In this document: positions 35,507 to 37,622 of the stretch, piece after piece
How positions within the stretch are numbered: the first letter of the stretch is position 1
Layout: each line of letters starts with the position of its first letter
Source: a bacterium
GTDB taxonomy: Bacteria; Electryoneota; RPQS01; DYHQ01
Reading direction: 5' to 3'
Assembly: GCA_043804575.1 (NCBI GenBank)
Contig: JAZDIW010000044.1
Span: 1 to 37,622, forward strand
Length of the DNA: 37,622 bases
Translations under genes and position numbers: made by a program
The notes under the pieces: generated by a model
The model's database searches: none
Told to the model about the DNA's origin: nothing
Seen by the model: only the letters and a program-made list of their open reading frames with translations

Positions 35507-37105
35507 ATGTACAGGCTCCTGCTTGGGGTGAGTTCCTGTTCCCTCACCACGATTCTCCTCGCTATTCCCTCCGCAAAAGAGAAAGTCGAACCCACCTTTC
35601 ATCTGATGATTGCTCCAGATGGCGATCCGCATCTGGACTGGGATTTCGACAGTATCATTTTTGGGACATCTCGCGATGAGGTTCATCCGGCTCTCTGCAC
35701 AACGCCGGATGGGCAATATCTCTATGCCTGCTGCTCCGTTTTGGACGATGAAGGCAACTTTGACTACCTGCGACTTCGCTGGTCTACCGATGGTGGTCTT
35801 TCATGGGGTCCAAGTGCGACCATTGCTGCGGACGACCCAATCGGAATGGGGAAGCTCGCTGCCGATAATGACTATGTCTATATGGTCTGTGAGTGCTTTC
35901 CTGCAGCGGATGATATAGACATATATCTTCTGCGATTACCAACGGGCTCAACGGATCCGCAGGAGCTGTCCAGTCTCCCCATTGCCACAACGCCTTCGAT
36001 TGAAAAATCGGCGGGGATTCACTCGGATAGTCGCGACGAGCCGGAAGACCCGTACATCTACATCACGCACGCCTGCCTGCGCGAGCCGGATTCTCTCGAA
36101 TACTTCTTTCATCTATCCATCAACCGAGGAAATAGCCTGCATCGCTCACTTCCTGTTGCCTCCTTCCTGCGAGATTCGATAGAGGGACGGTCGAGCTTAT
36201 CCACAGCGAAATATCAAGAAGGTTCTCGCATTTTCTTCGCGTGTGAAGCCGAGAGGTCCGGCGAGCGAGGCTCGATGATTTATTTGATGGCAAGCGACGA
36301 TTTCGGAGCCACTTGGACGCAGCCGCGTTCCCTTTCCAGTGACCATCGCGCTTTTGGCTCGCCCAGTCTTTGTGCGTACGGCGGCTTTGCGCTTATCGCC
36401 TACACCTATGAACCTGTTCCCCATGATCTGGATATTCTCTACAGCTTTTCGGAGGATTCGGGTCGAAGTTGGTCGGAGGGAATTCAAGTATCTCCGGGAG
36501 AGAGCTATGACATCGAGCCGCACGCTGTCATTGAATCCGATGGCAGCAACTTCCATCTAAGTTTTGCTCATTTCGGCTCTGAAGACTCGCTTGCGGGAAC
36601 CGTTTGGGCGTGCGAGGGGGCTTGTGGAAGCCCGGGTTCCACGGGCGTGGCGGCGGTCGTCGTAAATGACCATCAGGCCGCAGCGGGATTTCAAATCGGG
36701 ATGTGCGCGGGTCCCAATGTGCAGAATCTTCGTGGCGCGGCCATCGCGTGGACCTCGTATTTCGTCACGGGAGACTTGGATGTGAAGTTCGACGCGTCGT
36801 GGCGAGGGAATACAAGCGGGAGAATCTCCGCCTCAATTCCGTCACAAATAGAGTTGGCGCAGAACTGGCCGAATCCCTTCAACTCTTCTACGACCATTCG
36901 ATTCTTCCTGCCCACTTCGAACGCCGCAAAACTCATCGTCTTTGATTTGCTCGGCCGCGAAATCCTGCGGCTCGATTTCGGGATGATTGGACCCGGATTC
37001 CACAGCGCGACTGTCAACGGGCAATGTCTGCCTTCAGGAACCTACTTCTATACTCTCAACGCCGGGCAAGCGCAAGAAACGCGGAAGATGATTCTGCTAA
37101 AGTAG
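35507..37105 (+). CDS. Secreted BNR/Asp-box (sialidase-like beta-propeller) protein with a T9SS C-terminal sorting domain
   Basis: Asp-box repeats are STDGGLSWG, SDDFGATWT and SEDSGRSWS. The C-terminal LAQNWPNPFNSSTTIRFFLP...GTYFYTLNAG...RKMILLK is a type-A Por/T9SS sorting domain. Confidence 0.8.
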   Translation: MYRLLLGVSSCSLTTILLAIPSAKEKVEPTFHLMIAPDGDPHLDWDFDSIIFGTSRDEVHPALCTTPDGQYLYACCSVLDDEGNFDYLRLRWSTDGGLSWGPSATIAADDPIGMGKLAADNDYVYMVCECFPAADDIDIYLLRLPTGSTDPQELSSLPIATTPSIEKSAGIHSDSRDEPEDPYIYITHACLREPDSLEYFFHLSINRGNSLHRSLPVASFLRDSIEGRSSLSTAKYQEGSRIFFACEAERSGERGSMIYLMASDDFGATWTQPRSLSSDHRAFGSPSLCAYGGFALIAYTYEPVPHDLDILYSFSEDSGRSWSEGIQVSPGESYDIEPHAVIESDGSNFHLSFAHFGSEDSLAGTVWACEGACGSPGSTGVAAVVVNDHQAAAGFQIGMCAGPNVQNLRGAAIAWTSYFVTGDLDVKFDASWRGNTSGRISASIPSQIELAQNWPNPFNSSTTIRFFLPTSNAAKLIVFDLLGREILRLDFGMIGPGFHSATVNGQCLPSGTYFYTLNAGQAQETRKMILLK

Positions 37106-37185
37106 CGCCACAGCCTCTGTCCACTCCCCCTGTCGTGTACAGGCGATTTGGGCAACAAGCCCGGATGGAACCACTGGCTCGGGAT

Positions 37186-37622
37186 TCATCCTTTATCCTT
37201 TCTTAGCTCCTCCGGTACCTCCTGCTCCGTCATCTCCCTCCACGCCCTGTCAAACACCTCCGCGCCCCACTCTTGCCTGTAGGTGACAAGGTGTGACAGA
37301 ATCACTTTCACGCGCGGGTCGCCAATTTCCGAAAAGACCTGCAGCGCGACGAGTGAATGCCGAAGCGCCTCACTGTATTCCTGCTTTTCCCGATAGAGCA
37401 AACCCAACTGGCTGTGCGTTGTTGCCATCCCCTGCCGGTCCCCGATCTGCTCCTTGATTTCCAGACTGGCCCGATACTCCGAAAGCGCCGCCTCCCAGTC
37501 CCCCTGCAACTGATACACCGTCCCGATCTGATGACGGCTTTTTGCCATCCCCTGCCGGTCACCGTGCTGCTCAAAAGTTTTTAAACAGGCCCGATATTCC
37601 ACCAGCGCCGCCTTCCAATGCC
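37186..37622 (-). CDS. Tetratricopeptide-repeat protein, C-terminal part (N-terminus beyond the right edge)
   Basis: Repeated 40-aa units ...GDRQGMA...LG.VY...G.WE.AL..Y..SL.I.E.. are present. The reading frame stays open to the window end. Confidence 0.75.
   Translation of the reverse strand, partial: HWKAALVEYRACLKTFEQHGDRQGMAKSRHQIGTVYQLQGDWEAALSEYRASLEIKEQIGDRQGMATTHSQLGLLYREKQEYSEALRHSLVALQVFSEIGDPRVKVILSHLVTYRQEWGAEVFDRAWREMTEQEVPEELRKDKG

Noticed and set aside
37422-37560. Identical 19-mer (ttgccatcccctgccggtc) repeated exactly 120 bp apart
   Set aside because: It is explained by adjacent 40-aa TPR units (GDRQGMA...) in the partial TPR gene. It is not a CRISPR-like or regulatory repeat.

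Overview
Bacterial chromosomal window with intact genes throughout. By hand sampling, GC is in the mid-50s % outside the left end. A T9SS-sorted protein at the right end hints at an FCB-group or related candidate phylum.

Positions 1-8930 form one same-strand, tightly packed defence operon:
- the last 63 codons of an upstream gene, with a nuclease-domain-like tail; its TGA overlaps the darT ATG
- DarT/DarG (ssDNA ADP-ribosyltransferase toxin and macrodomain antitoxin)
- a 1008-aa DUF1156 Zn-ribbon DNA methyltransferase starting 4 nt after darG
- a 294-aa protein with a PD-(D/E)xK-like motif and a lysine-rich tail
- a 959-aa DUF499 (BrxC/PglY-like) P-loop ATPase

The operon ends at an intrinsic terminator. 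About 240 bp further on lies the 3' end of an initiator tRNA-Met.

I read this as DarTG nested inside a DUF1156/DUF499 ('Hma'-type, methylase/ATPase) system. It is the best candidate here for an undescribed composite defence system. The methylase gene is also a sharp GC mosaic: about 70% / 43% / 67%.

The remaining ~28 kb is housekeeping:
- CorB/TlyC-like transporter, YigZ, cyclophilin, and a transglutaminase/beta-propeller protein
- a RayT-like Y1 transposase bracketed by three copies of a 26-30 nt palindromic REP-like unit
- MBL hydrolase, pyrE and pyrF
- an orphan PAS histidine kinase
- tRNA-Ala(CGC), then SRP RNA (ffs)-dnaX-ybaB-recR
- two envelope glycan genes
- DUF89, pgsA, pgpA, cinA, thpR, an SRPBCC protein and recA
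- a small beta-barrel protein, recX and alaS
- a small membrane protein, asd, a BNR/T9SS protein and a partial TPR protein

No CRISPR array, integrase or rRNA was seen. All family calls come from motif recognition by eye. No searches were run.
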